From assembly GCF_009834535.1 (NCBI RefSeq), contig NC_045697.1:81966001-82030000 (forward strand): 64,000 nucleotides of DNA, written 5' to 3'. The stretch comes from Camelus ferus (lineage: Eukaryota). Each line of letters begins with the position of its first letter. Position 1 is the first letter of the stretch. Both the position numbers and the translations under genes were made by a program. Under the pieces are notes generated by a model, which was not told where the DNA came from, did not search any database, and was given only the letters and a program-made list of their open reading frames with translations. Below are positions 25,105 through 38,915 of the stretch, piece by piece.

Positions 25105-27740
25105 TAAAAATTAATAGACTGATACTATGTTTTTGAGAAGTTTTAAATTTACAGAATAATTGAATGAAATTACCCAGAGTTCCGAAACGTCATCACACAC
25201 AATCCCAATTTCCTCCAGTATTAACATCTCCCATTAGTTTAGGGCATTTGTTACAGTGTTGAGTCAATATTGATACATTATTATTAATTAACATCCATGG
25301 TTTTAAGTTAGAGTTCATTCTTTATGTTGTATGTTTCATAGATTTTGAAAGATACATAATGAAATGTATCCACCATTAAGTATTATACAGGATAACTTCA
25401 CTGCCCTAAATATCCCTCACACTCTACCTATTCCTCCTTTTCTTCCCCTATCCCTGAACCCCTGACAACCACTGATCTTTTACTATCTGTATAGTTTTGC
25501 CTTTTTCAGAAAGTCATATAATTGGAATCATATAGTACACAACCTTTTCTGACTTGGCTTCTTTCACTTAGCAATATGAATTTAAGGTTACTCTGTATAT
25601 TTTGTTGTGGGTTAATAGCTCATTTCTTTTTATTGCTGAATTAGATTCCATTGTAGGGATGCACCACAGTTTATTTTTTTCATTCCTTTATTGAGAGACA
25701 CTTAGATTGTTTCAGTTTTTTGCAATAATCAATAAAGTGACTATGAAAATTAATGTACAGGTTTGGAATGAACATAAGTTTTCAACAAATTTCAACATAT
25801 GCATGCTGGATCATATGATAAAACTTACATTTACTATTGTAAGAAACTGCTAAACTTTCTTCTGAAGGATCTGTACCATTTTTCTTTTTCAATAACAATG
25901 AATGAAAGTTCCTGATGTTCCACACCTTTGCCAGCATTCAGTATTATCAGCGTTTTGGATTTTAGATACTCAGCAAGTTGTTTAGTGTTATCTTGTTGTT
26001 TTAATTTGAAATTCTCCAGGACCGTAAGATGTTGAGCTTCTTTTTGTATGCTTATTTACCATCTGTATGTCTTCTTAGATGAGGTGTCTGTTTAGATCTT
26101 TTGACTACTTTTTAATTGAATGTTTTCTTATTGTTGAGTTTTAAGAGTCCTTTGCACATTTTGGATACAAGCTCTTTAACCATAGGTGTTTTGCAAATAT
26201 TTTCTCCCAGTCTGCAGCATGTATTTTCATCCCCTTAACAGTGTCTTGCACAGAGCAGAAGGTTTTAATTCTAATTAAGCCCTATATCAAAAAAAATTAA
26301 TGAATCGTACTTTAGGTGTTGTAGCTAAAATCTCATTGCCAGACCAAAGATCAGCTAGATTTTCTCTTAACATGTTATTGTCTAAAAATTGTATATTTAT
26401 GTATTTTACACTTAGGTCTATTGCCATTTTGAGTTAATTTTAGTAAAGTGGTACAGTCAATGTCTAGATTCATTTCTTTTACTTGTGAATGTCCAGCTGT
26501 TTTAGAACTTTTAGTTGAAAATATAGTCGTTTCTCCACCGTATTGTCTTTGCTCATTTGTCAAAGATAAGTTGATGATATTTATGTGGGTCTATTTCTGG
26601 CCTCTCTGTTCTGTTGACCTACTTGTCTTTTTACCAATGCTGCACTGTCTCAATCACTGTAGCTTTATTGGTACAAACATCCTTGTTATGATTGATTATT
26701 ACTTCTAAGGTATTTGTGGTTGATTCTTTGGGATTTTCTACATGGAAAATCATGTCATCTGGAAAAAAAAAAAACTTTTATCTTTATTTCTCAGTCTGTG
26801 TATCTTTTAGTTTTAATTTCTTGTCTTATTCAATTAGATAAGGCTTCTAGTACAGTGTTGACTAGGAGTGGTGGGAATGTATATCTTTGCTTTGTTTCTG
26901 ATTTCAGTGGGAAAGCTTCTAGTTTCTCACTATTAAGGATGATGTTATCTAGAGGTTTTTTGATCAATATTCTCTATCAAGTTGTGGAAATTCCCGTCTA
27001 GTCCTAATTTGTTGAGAACACATATCATGAATATGTGAGATGCTTTTTCTGACCTGTTGGTACGATCATGTGATTTTTGTTCTTTAGTCTGTAATATGAC
27101 AGGTTACATTAATTGATTTTCAGATGCTAAACGATTCTTGCATAACTGGGGTATATCTCAATGGGTCTTAGTATGTAACCTCTTTGTACATTAATGGATT
27201 TGATTTGCTAACATTTTGTTGAAGCTATTTGTATCTATGTTCATGAGAGGTATTGGTCAGTAGTTTTCCCTTCTTATAACGTCTTAGTCTGGCTTTGATA
27301 TTACAGTAATACTGGCCTCATAGAATGAGGAAATATTCCCTCTGCTTCTATTTTCTGGTACAGATTACAAAAAAACGTTATCATTTCTTCCATTAATAGT
27401 TGGTAAAATTCACAAGTGAAAACTTTTGGACCTGGTACTTTCTGTTTTGGAAAGTTATTATCAATTAAGTTTCTTTAATAGATATAGGCCTGTTAAAATG
27501 ATTTCTGTATTATTGTGTGAATTTTGGTAGATTTTGCTTTTAAGAAATTGATCTGTTTCATCTAAGTTGTCATATTTCAAGACATAGAATTGTTCATCAT
27601 ATTCTTTTATTCATATTCTTCATATTCTTTAGTGTCAATGGAAGCAATATTGTTGGCCTTTTTAATTCAATTCTATTAGTTATTAGTGTTTTCTTTATTT
27701 CTTCTTAGAATAGCTGAAAGTTTACTTATTTTATTGATCG
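25105..27740 (-). mobile_element. Ancient LINE-1 (L1MD-like) 3'UTR plus decayed ORF2
   Basis: Second 3' end 'agttttaaatttacagaataattg', followed by ORF2 motifs up to 'gtaatactggcctcatagaatgag'. Confidence 0.88.
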
Positions 27741-28519
27741 ACAATTATATTTGAGTGCTCTGTGTTACTCAGAGTTATCAGTGTTGGAAATAATATAGAG
27801 AAGATCAGGTATAATATTTTATTAAAGGATTTTAAAATTGTATATGATATTTATAGCTACAACTGAGATAATAATATGTACCCTATAGAGTACACAGAAA
27901 ATATTTCAGAGATGTGTGTAAGGCAGTTCCAGGTTGTGAGACTCCTTAGTGTAGGAATTAGGGAGAGAAATCATAGGGTAGCTTCAGCTGAACTGAACAT
28001 AGCATGTATGATAAAATTAGCAGTACACATTGTTAGAAAGATAGAAGAAAGAAAGTCTATACAAAGCTGTTCCTGATAAGTAGAAGTATAAGATTACTTG
28101 GTGAGTTTAGAAGTTAATCAGTTAATTCCATTTATTTACTACTTGGGAAGAACTAATGAAAATAAGGATAATTTGAAATAATCTTCTTAATGAGGAAAGT
28201 ACAGATTATTAATTACAGTCAACTTATAATTATAATAAATACATAATTAACAAGTTAGCTACCACAGGATTAGTAATTCAACCTCATAAAATGAACTAGT
28301 TTACTATTTTAATAAATTCAAGTAATTTTCTAACAATATTACTAAGCATGAAATTAATTTTAACAAAATCACATAGTTTCAAGGTTACCAATTAACAATA
28401 CTCGGACTAAAATAATTAACATTTTGAACTTCCATGAAATAATTTTTCCTTTCTTAAAAGATTGACTCAGGCAGAAATTCAATCTTATATTGACCTATTA
28501 TAATAAGTTCAGATACTTT

Positions 28520-30445
28520 ATTCTAAAATTAGGGCTATATGATTGTCTCTCAGGATCTCCTGGTATTTGCATGAACAAAACCGGTGAATTAAATGTGTAT
28601 CTCTGAATTCTTTAGGTCTTTAAGGGTAGCACTACTCCCTTCCATTCTACTTGGGATATGGCATTGTTTTTGATTTACTGTGTTGGCTGCAGGACTTGAC
28701 TTTCAGTGGCTTCTACTTGACTTTTCCTGCTGTAGTTTTTTATTACTCCATGTGAAAGGGGACCAATGTGGTAGTTTGCCATCTTTTAAGTAAATCCATG
28801 CCAATTATTCACATAGGGACTGGAGAAATAACTACAGGATGAGTTTATAGACTCTGTGGTCCTATTATGAATTAGACCTGAGCTAGGACAACATTTATCA
28901 CCTAGCGTCCAGATATTCTCATTCTGCTCATGGAAGTTTCTGGTTAATTTACTGTCCTCGATATATATTAGTCTGGTCTCTTTTGGAGAATAGCTACCCG
29001 ATAGACTCCCTGAAGTATTGCAGGGTCCTTATTAGAAACAGTATGTCTTTTTCTTCAATCATCTGACTCTCAGCCTGAGAATTGGCTCAGGTCTAGAGAT
29101 TGAGTTTGGTTTTACGGTTTTCTATAATAGTATTAACTATTAGCCATTGGCCCACATACTGTTAGCATGTTTTGGCTACATAAATAAAACAGACAAGCAA
29201 ACAAAAACTGCATTTGGTTACACACTTTTTCTCATCCCTAAGACTACTGTGGTCTATTAGCCATCACCACAGATTCCTACAAGTGAGGATCTCTACTTGC
29301 TGTTTCAGCCTTGCTGGTCATTGCAGTAATTCTGCCTGGCTTATTTCTGATGGATAGGTAGGCGATGCCACCAGTTCTCTTTCATCTCTTTCCTTATATG
29401 CCATCCTTGCTCTCAAGTTTCAAGCTGCAATTACAACACAATATAAAAACTGTAAAGGCATACTAATTGAATTAATAATACCCTGGTATCAATGAAATCT
29501 TTCTTATTTGGCTTTACAGTCCACATTCTGTGATCTAGCACTTTCAAAATCGATTTCCAAGCATGTCCTCAGGGTTGTTTCTGAATTTATTTGCTAGATC
29601 GTATACGTTCTTGTTAAATAATTATGCTTCTCTTCTTGGTAGGCTTAAGGCCCCTTAGGCCATTTTGAAACTTGACCCCAGATACTGTTTTAGAAGCAAT
29701 AAGTGGGGATTTGAAGAGACCAACAGGCAGACATGATCTTGTAAGGTAATTTTTTTCAAGTGAAACTACTGAATAACCTCCAGATATTGGGAGGATATTT
29801 TTTTCTTGAAATCGTGAGAGGACTGCTCCTTCTAACCCAGAGGTTCAAGGTTATCTGGGAATTAAATGTCTTAAACACATACAGAAAAATGTTTTAACCT
29901 CTTGCTTCAGTGTCTGCTTCTTTCCTGTTAGGTTCCTCACTTCAGTGTAGGAGACTTGCAGAGACCATGAACTCGGTTTTCACTGTAACTCATACTTAAA
30001 ATCAATTCTCTGACCTGATTTATAGTACAGTCAGTCCTTTCACTACAGGATATGAGTTATTTTAAATACTGCTTTGAAATCCTCTGGCACTCACTCATGT
30101 CGTGTTCAAAATTGTTAGTTGCCTGACTATAGTTTGATCTTTTTAGCGTTGAAGCTTCTGTGACAGTTGATAATAGCTAAGCAACTCCACAATCATGAAA
30201 ATAATCATTGCCTTCATCTCTCAGGCATGTGAGCTTCTACTTAGACTAATATAGCACCTTCCATTTGTACCCAGTACCAACCTACTACGGGTAAAATTCA
30301 TTCTAATTTTGATCCTACAAAATGCTGGGCGGTATCACACTCTGCTTAGCCTCAGCAGGGTTGTTGACGTGGTGCTGGCAGTGCATCTGCTGCCACAGTT
30401 CCATCCTGGGGCTCTACCCGTAGGGGTATATCAAATCCCAAACAC
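28520..30445 (-). mobile_element. ERV-L internal relic: gag, protease and N-terminal RT (ERV3-16A3/ERVL-like)
   Basis: Minus strand gives degenerate 'LDLSQFS..KDPA', 'THPVVISPVP..IIGMDLL..WQ..HIG', 'K*KPLK', 'VNQKQCHIP', 'SATLKDLK', 'FNSP'. Confidence 0.85.
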
Positions 30446-30830
30446 CTTAGTCTGGGTTCCCCCAGAGTGCAAGTAGTCTTGTTGAGAGTTAGCTAGAAGA
30501 ATCAACAGTAAGTGAGTAGACAAATGAAAAAGGGAAGTGTAGAAACGAAAAAGAGAAATGAAGAAAATCAACTCAAAATAAATTAATGAGCATATTAACA
30601 ATATGGGAAATGGTCTCTCTTATGGTCTCTGGCAAACAATATGGAACAAGATTCAGATTTGCCTGTAGGGGCAGACATTCTTATACCATAGTTTCTTTCA
30701 TCATCAGTTAAAGGTAGTTTCCAGAGTAGTAATTCCTTGGCACTTCCGCCTTACCTCACATATCAGCTAAGTTTACACGTGCTTTCGTTAGAAAGCTGTT
30801 AGTGTGTATGGATACAGTAAGGGTATCACC
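30446..30830 (-). mobile_element. ERV-L LTR (LTR16-like), the 5' LTR of the adjacent internal relic
   Basis: 'ttagtctgggttccccca', 'gagtgcaagtagt', 'taattccttggcacttcc' resemble LTR16-group antisense sequence. Confidence 0.7.
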
Positions 30831-32309
30831 AGCTATTGATATACCCAGAATATTGCTAGTAAATTTCTCCTAATAATATGAAATACATTTGTTAAAAGGT
30901 AAGTGCACATTAACTGAGTATCTTTTGAGAATTATCTGGATTTTTAGAAAATGTAAAAATTGACCTTTTAATTCAGATTTTTTCACTTCATGAAAAGCCT
31001 TTAATTTGGGGGTTCTCAAAGGTGAGTAGCCTAGTCTTTGTTGGAAAAAAATGTGCTTGATTAGTGACTAGTGTCCTTGGCATGTGTCCTGGCCATGTCT
31101 TCCCCCAAGGCTACCTCACTGTGCTGACTTCCTTAGAAGGCCAGCGATAGGGCCCTCTTGCCTCTTCTGGAACAAAACTAAGTGGAAACATCCATAGATA
31201 TTAAAAATCTTCATCAGTGGAATCTTTTTTAGGGTAATGGCCTTCAGCTTGCCTCCTGCCTAAACCTGCTTTATATATTTGTAGCAACTTTATGAGATAG
31301 CAAAAGGGCTGAATGAAACCAAAAACTGTCTTACCAAGTCAGATTGGCCTCCTCAGATGCCACACCATGGAGCATCTCAGAGGATGCTGTTGGCTGTGGT
31401 GTAAGAGAACAGCTCTGCACGGAGGTTGTCCATTCTGGCTTTTTCTTTTCTTTTCTAGCCTAAATAAGCCGGAAAAATCTTAACATACCAATAATTGATA
31501 AACCATGTGAATAAATCATAATTCTTTAAAATGTATTTGCTTGTCATGTTTTTTATTCTAGAAACATACCCCTCAAATTTTTATTAAAACAAAAGAACTG
31601 TAAAATTATTATTAAATGCAATTTACAGATTATTTTCAGCTAATTATTTTACCTTCTTAGCAGAATGAGTTGACAAGCAAGTGCAGAAATAGATAGTCAG
31701 AGGTCAAATTTAGAGAGAGTAGTTAGCCAATCATAAAGCTACAATCAACAACAACTAGGAGAATAATGTAATACTGTGAATGTTAAACTGGAATGATTTC
31801 AAATCATAGGGAAATCCATAAAAACTCCTTAATATTTCTGCAAATTCTTGAAGATATCATATCTTTAAATTCTCCTCAGACTCTGGGTACCTGTTTCCAT
31901 TAGTCTGGTCACTGCCTTGATTCTTGTTAATCCAGATATCCAAGTAGCTTTTCCACAGTCTACTCTAAATCTACACACACGTTAAACTCTTCATACTTTA
32001 TTAGAATGTAGCAATATTTACTAAGCGTTAGAGGAGATACATAGCAAAATTAAGAAAGATCATAGATGTCTTTGGAAACACGTGCCTGATGAAGACTTTC
32101 GGTGTCCACGACAGAGCATTTCTCATGGGCCCTTTCTTTGTGTACATCCCCTCTTGTTCTGTTTCTTCCTTCTCTATTTTTCTCTATTTTTTTCTCCCTC
32201 AAAGGAAGCATAAAATATATTTCCCCTCGTTTGTCTTGATCATCAGTTTAACCATTCTTCTCTATTTCCTTGACTACTACATCTATTTAAATCCTCATGT
32301 CTTTCCTCC

Positions 32310-32775
32310 TGTATTAGGTTCTTAGGACTGCCATACAAATTATTACAAATTAAAGGTTTAAAATAATACAAATTTATTCTCTCACAGTCTGGAGAACAGA
32401 AATCCAAAATCAAGGTTTTTGCTTTGTTTTACTTTGTTTTTCTCCAAGGCCATACCCCCTCTGAAGGCTCTAGAGGGTATTCCTTCCTTGTTCCTACCAG
32501 CTTCTGGCGGCCTCAGGAATTCACTGATTTGTAGCTGTGTCACTCCAATCCCTTATACTACCTTCTCTTCTCCCTGTGTCTTCTCTTTTATCTTTATAAG
32601 GACACATCATTAGATTTAGCGCCATAAAATCATTGGATTTAGGGTACTTGAGTAATCCAGGATGATTTTAAGGTACTTAATTAGACCCAAAATGCTGTTT
32701 ACAAATAAAGTCACATTCATAAATTCAAAGGATTAGGAAACAGATACATCTCATTTGGGGTCCACTGTTCAACTG
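32310..32775 (-). mobile_element. MaLR LTR (MLT1C/D-like)
   Basis: 'tgtattaggttcttaggactgccata', 'atttattctctcacagt', 'ctctgaaggctctag', 'ataaggacac'. Confidence 0.88.
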
Positions 32776-33835
32776 AGTATTCAAGAGACTGTTTCCAAGA
32801 TTATTTATTCCCTAAGAAGTATCTATGGGCCAGCTGAAGATTCATATTATGTAAGATTTTCACTTTTTTACAAGTAGTCAGGTGAGTGAAGTCAGGGAAG
32901 TGTGGAGTTCTTTAACGCTGGTCTATGATTAAGGCAAATGTGTGACCATAGAGGTGACCATGGGAGCTTTTATAAGAATTTGATTATTATGCAATCGGTG
33001 CACCAAACTATAATTCTAACTTTTATAATCACTTTAAATTTTAATACTGAACACTGTTTAATAGTGTATTAGTTTCTTATCAGTTATGTACTTTTAAAAT
33101 ATTTGATCCAGGCTGTGGCTTGTATTTTTAAATTATCTAAATGGAATCACATTACCTTACTTTAATGTACAGGTTATAAGTGAAAGTTGAGAGGCTGAGC
33201 AGCAAAGGTAGGATTTTAATAGTGCACTCAGATGGTGCCTTGGTTGTTGCTCACCGTCCTCTAGGTAGGCAGTGGAAGGGATGCTATTATGACAATGGGA
33301 CAGCAAGTCCTGTGGCCCCAGCTGAAGGGAATAGCTATGGCTAATGAATTCCTAATGTTAAATAAAAGGTGTCGGCAGTAATGACATTGCTATTGGACAT
33401 ACCATTTTGAGTGAATCAGAAACAATAGAAATTCATTTGGAAGGAGACTTTTCAAAAAGTGATTTCCTCTTGCCTACTATCGCAGCCTGCATCTTTCTAC
33501 TACTTGACAGCTGCCACAGCTCCACTTCGCAGGAGATGGGAATATAGTACTAGACACAGAGGTGGCTGAGGCACCAACACCCGTGTAGGACAAATGTGGC
33601 GGCAAATGTAGGAAGAAAGAACCGTGTCCTTGGGCCTAAGCACTTGCCGGGGAGAATCTCTCTCTTCATTTGATTGGTAGTTATATTGAGTGTGTTCAGT
33701 TTGTGACAGTTGATCAACTTGTATACATATTTGTATGAGTATAAATAAAATATTAAAAAGAAACACAATCTTAATTTTTTAACATTCAAATCCATCTGCT
33801 GTTTCAAAGTAAATGGTGTGCTGTTGCTTAGGGAT

Positions 33836-34432
33836 TTTTTTTTCCTTCCAATTTTATTGAGATATCATTGACATATCACTGTGTAAGTTTAAAGCATGCA
33901 GCAAAATGATTTCATTTACATACATCATGAAGTGATTATAACAGCAAGTTTAGTGAACAGCCATCATCTCATACAGATATAAAAATAAAGAAATAGGAAA
34001 AAATTATTTTTCTTGTGATGAGAACTCAGGATTTACTTTAACAACTTTCACATATAACATATGGCAGTACTAATTGTATTTATCATGTTGTACATTAGTT
34101 CCTTAGTACTTATTTATTTTATAACTGCAAGTCTGCAATACCTTTTGACTGCCTTAACCCAGTTCCCCCTCACCCCACACCCTGCCTCTGGTAACCACAA
34201 ATCTGATTTCTTTTCCTGTGAATTTGTTTGTTTGCTTTATTGTTTTTGAAATATAATTGACCTATGTTAGTGTTGATATGCACAACATAATGATTTGATG
34301 TTTCTACACATTTTGAACTAATCACCAGAAGTCTAGTTATATGTCACCATACAAAGATATTACATAGCTATTGACTGTATACCCCACTCTGTACTTCTTT
34401 TACCCATGACTCATTTATTTTGTAACTGGCAG
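33836..34432 (-). mobile_element. LINE-1 3'UTR (L1MA9-derived type, internally duplicated module)
   Basis: T tail, 'ttttattgagatatcattgacata', 'cctctggtaaccacaaatctgat', then a second 'aattgac...' module. Confidence 0.85.
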
Positions 34433-35219
34433 CCTAATGCCATGTACTCATTCACAACTATTTATTGAATATTTGATAAATTCATATCAACTTTAGGCCA
34501 TTTTTTTTAGTTCTAGGGGCATTGTTATTTTTTAGTTGAGAAATTTTATAAACTTTCTATACTTATATTAGGCTTATGAAATAGTAACAAAAGTGCTAAA
34601 CTGAAATATTTGATGAGTTCATAAATCTAGCCTTAAAAGACATTGATCTAAATACTCAGAGGATATGTTTCTCTATAACTTAACTGAAATCTTACAATTT
34701 GTTGCTGGTGTTTTCTGTGTTAAGATAGATAATGTGCATGTGCTAATGCAAACAGCTATCACAAGTTTAAATATTTGAAGTCATATACAGAATTTAATCC
34801 CTGGAAAATGTGCAATGATAATAGATCCACTTTATTTTTATTTGTTGCCATGAAATCAAAAGCAATTGTTCTTTCTGGCACTTATGTATAAATATGACAA
34901 AGTTAGGCAATGTTGATAATAAGTGGTATCTTGATTTCATTTCACATTCATAGAACATGGTTCAAAAGCAGATGACTTGCAAAGATGCAAGTTGATAACA
35001 AGTCTCCATCATTGTAGAGAATTTTAGGTGAATCAGAAATATAAAATAACTTAATATTCAATTATTGAACATGCTAGCATCCAACTGATCCCTTTAATTT
35101 GTTGGAGAAAAATGTATATGGGATATTTTCCTAAAATCAAAATGTGGGACTAAAAAATATTGCTATAAGGAGCTCTATCTTTCTATCCTCCATGTATTGT
35201 TTTCACTCTGTTTTTCTCA

Positions 35220-36495
35220 TTTTTATTGTGGTAAAATACATATAACATAAAATATTTACCATCTTAACCATTTGTAAGTGTACAAAGTGTTCAGGTAATT
35301 GGTATCAAATATATTAATAATGTGCAGCCATCACCACTATCCATCTCTATTACTCTTTTCATCTTGTGAAACAGAAACCCTATACCTATTAAACAATAAC
35401 TCCCCATTTCATCCTCTTTCTACAAACCCTAGCAACAACCATTTTACTTTCTGTCTCTATGATTCTGACTACCCTGAATTTTTCATATAAGTGGAATCAT
35501 ATAGTTTTTTCCTTTTTTGGTGACTGGATTATTTATTTAGGATTATGTCCTCAAAGTTCATCTATGTTATAGCATATTGCAGAATTTTCTTTCTTTTTAA
35601 GGCTGAATAATTTTCTATTTTTTGTTTATACCACATTTGCTTATCTATTCATCCATTGGTGGACACTTGGATTGCTTCATTTAGTTATTGTGAATAATGC
35701 TGGGTTTACAAATATCTGTTTGAAACCATACTTTTCATTTCTCTGGGATTTATATGCAGAAGTAGAATTGCTGAAATCATATGGTATTTCTAATTTTGAT
35801 ATTTTAAAAACTGCCATACTCTTTTACACAGTGACTGTGTTACTTTACATTCCCAACAATGCATGAAGATTCCAGTTTCTTTACCTCTTTACCAACATTT
35901 GTTGTTTTCTGGGTTTCTTATCTTTTTATAGTAGCTATCCTAGTAGGTGTGAAGTGGTATCACCTCCTAGTTTAATTTACATTTCCCTGATGGTTAGTGA
36001 TGTTGAGTATCTTTTCATGTACTTATCGGCCATTTATATATCTTTTTTTTTTTTTTTAGAGAAATCTGTATTCAAATCTTTGCCCATGTTTAAATTATGC
36101 TGTTTGTTTTTTTGTTGTTGTTGAACTTGAGGATTTCTCTATATATTCTAGAATTAATCTGTTATCAGTTACATGATTTGCAAATATGTTCTCCCAGTCT
36201 GTGGGTTGCCTTTTCATTGTGTTAATAATATCCTTGATGCACAATTTTTTTTTTAATTTTCATGATGTCCAGTTTGTCTGTTTTTTATTTTTTTGCTTGT
36301 GTTTTTTTTTTGTTGTTGTTGTTGTTGCTTATGTTTTTGATGTCACATCCAAGAAATCATTGTCAAATCAGGGGGCTTGAAGCTTTTTTCCTGCTTTCTT
36401 AAGAATTTTATTGTTTAGATCTTACATTTAAATTTTTGAAATATTTTGAGTTGATTTTGTTTATGATGTTAGGTAACATTCAACTTAATTTTTTA
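35220..36495 (-). mobile_element. LINE-1 3' end (L1MB-like)
   Basis: 'tattgtggtaaaatacatataacataaaat..ttaccatcttaaccatt' 3' end plus ORF2 C-terminal sequence. Confidence 0.9.
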
Positions 36496-36959
36496 TATCT
36501 AAAAAAGAAAAACATTAGATCTTCTTTAAAAATCAGTATTTTTTTCCAAATTGGGAGGGTGTTTTTGCAGTTTTATCAATTAATATATGAAATACTATGT
36601 TATGATATGTATGGTTCAGTTCTAAATAAAAATTTAGCTTATTTATAAGTATTTTATTTAATAAGCTAATAACTTCAAGTCATGGCATTTATTTTGAGCT
36701 TATTTGAACTGTATAAAACTTTAGATGTCTCTAAAATCTTTCAGAAAATCAGCAGTTTTCTACACTTCATAAGACTGATTTTTGTTATAATTTTATTTAA
36801 TTTCAGTTTGTTAGATATTTTGACTAAAATAATATAACTCACAAATAAAATTACTCTTTTTGTTTATTTCTATAAGCTAATTAAAATAATAGAAAAACAA
36901 ATTGAACAAGACAGACTGAAAAATTTAATATTAGGTTGTGTGAACCATTTTTTGAAAAA

Positions 36960-37110
36960 AGACATTGAATTAAACATCAGGAGACCTGAAATGGTCTAGA
37001 TTTTTCAGAATAAACTTTTGTGATCATGGAAAAGCTTCTTGGGCTTCCTGTGCTTCATTTGCATAATTGGAGAGTTGAATCAGGAAAATGTCAATAATCT
37101 CAGGCCCTAA
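36960..37110 (+). mobile_element. MIR SINE fragment
   Basis: 'tcaggagacctg...tgtgatcatggaaaag..cttcatttgcataattgg'. Confidence 0.45.
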
Positions 37111-38492
37111 AATCCATTTTTGATATGTTATATGTGTAATTAAAAATATGTTAGATGCAATGATTTATAATCTCAAAGGATACTCTTCATTCATCATACA
37201 AGTCACCTCCAGCTAGTAATTGGAGTCAAAGCTGTAAATAGCAAATAATTCACTACATCCTAATATTCAAATGGCCAAAGGCTATATTGAAACAGAAGTA
37301 CCAAATATGTGTGGATATAAAGTTATAAATAAAAAAATTTTATTTTTAAAAAATGTTAGAGAGTTTCTGAAATAAAGGTGAATGTGGGAGTATGTATAAG
37401 GAGGGGTCTACACTGATTGAAATAAAATGATTAGCTTTTTGGCAAAATGTAGTTATTTTGGGAGAATCTCTATTTCATTCACAATATCACCTTTACTCCT
37501 ACTGTATAAGCCTAAATAGATAATATGGCAGATTAACCAAAGGGGTCCAGTATAATTGTTACAAATAGTCTAAAATGGTTATTAGTTATTTTAACATGTA
37601 TATAAACACATGCACTTAAATATCAAATAGTTCAGCAAAGAAAAATGTATTAATGTATTTTAGTTCCCACATTGTAACATTACAACAAAAAGGATATTCA
37701 GTTACTCTAAAGTCCTTCATCTTTTCTTTTTTTTTGAAATGCACACACACATAGTATGTCTGAGGCATGCATTGCTCTGTACCAGTCTGCTCGAAATAGA
37801 CCCCCTATGGTTTGTTTCCAGGTAGCTAAATTTATGTAAGATAATTTTTGTTAAACTACATACTTCATTTGAACATGTCAGATAGCCACATTTCATTCAT
37901 ACTGAGAAAAGGAAAACAGGCTTACTTGTATAGACCATGCGATTCAATGATGGACTGCAGATGCTAATTCTGTCCTTTTTGTAGTATTGTTTTTCACATG
38001 TGAGTTGTTACTGTAAATGTGTAACCACTGCACATCATTCTCCTTTGAACAAAAATTTAATAAATGTGTTGGATCTCTGCTAAACAGGAGGGACCTTTGC
38101 TGAATTTTTATCACTGAAGAGAGAGAGACAGGGAGAGAGAGACTCTTATTCAACACTGGAGTGAGGACCTTGCATTAAAAAAAATACATATATATATACC
38201 AGTAGTGGGTGGGCCTGAGTGGAAATTTTATATACATGAAAACCAAAAGATTGAATGAAATGCAAACAAGAGGGATGGGAATGATTCAAGTGAAGACCTG
38301 GGGAAAGCTGAGGTGTTCTATGTTAAAGCCTTTATATGAGTTTAAAGAGCTGATGAGGACAAAGGATTTTTGTAAACGTCTGTGAACCTCCCATCATTTA
38401 CTTAATCACTTCTCTGTCTCATATTAATTTTAAGATAACTGTAATTAAAGAATGAATATGTTATATTCATAATTCATAATCATAATTAATTT

Positions 38493-38915
38493 ATGTGATG
38501 GTTAATACTATGTTTCAACATGTCTGGGCCACTGGTGCCCAGATATGCAGTAAAACATTATTTTGACTATTTATAAAAAGGGTGTTTTTTGCTGAGATTA
38601 ATATTTAAATCCGTGAACTTTAAGTAAAGCAGATTATACCCCAGACTGTGGGTGGCCCTCATCCAGTCCTCTGAAGTCCTGACTAGAATGAAAGACTGAT
38701 CTCCCCTGAGCAAGAGGGACTTCTGCCAGCAGATGGCCTTTGATGTGAACGGCAGCATAGGCTTTTCCCTGTTCTCCAGCCTTAGGGCCTTTGAACCTGC
38801 AGGTCTGGGTATTGCCAGCCTCCATGATCGTGTGAGCCAGTTCTTTAAAGTAAATCTTTCTCTACTTATATCCACAGCCTCTTGGTTCTGTTCCTCTGGA
38901 GAATCTTGACAAAAT
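38493..38915 (+). mobile_element. MLT2 (ERV-L) solo LTR
   Basis: 'tgtgatggttaatactatgt', 'gtaaagcagatt', 'catgatcgtgtgagccagttc', 'ttggttctgttcctctggagaa'. Confidence 0.9.

Noticed and set aside
27595..27630. Triplicated 'tcatattct'
   Set aside because: Trivial slippage within an old L1
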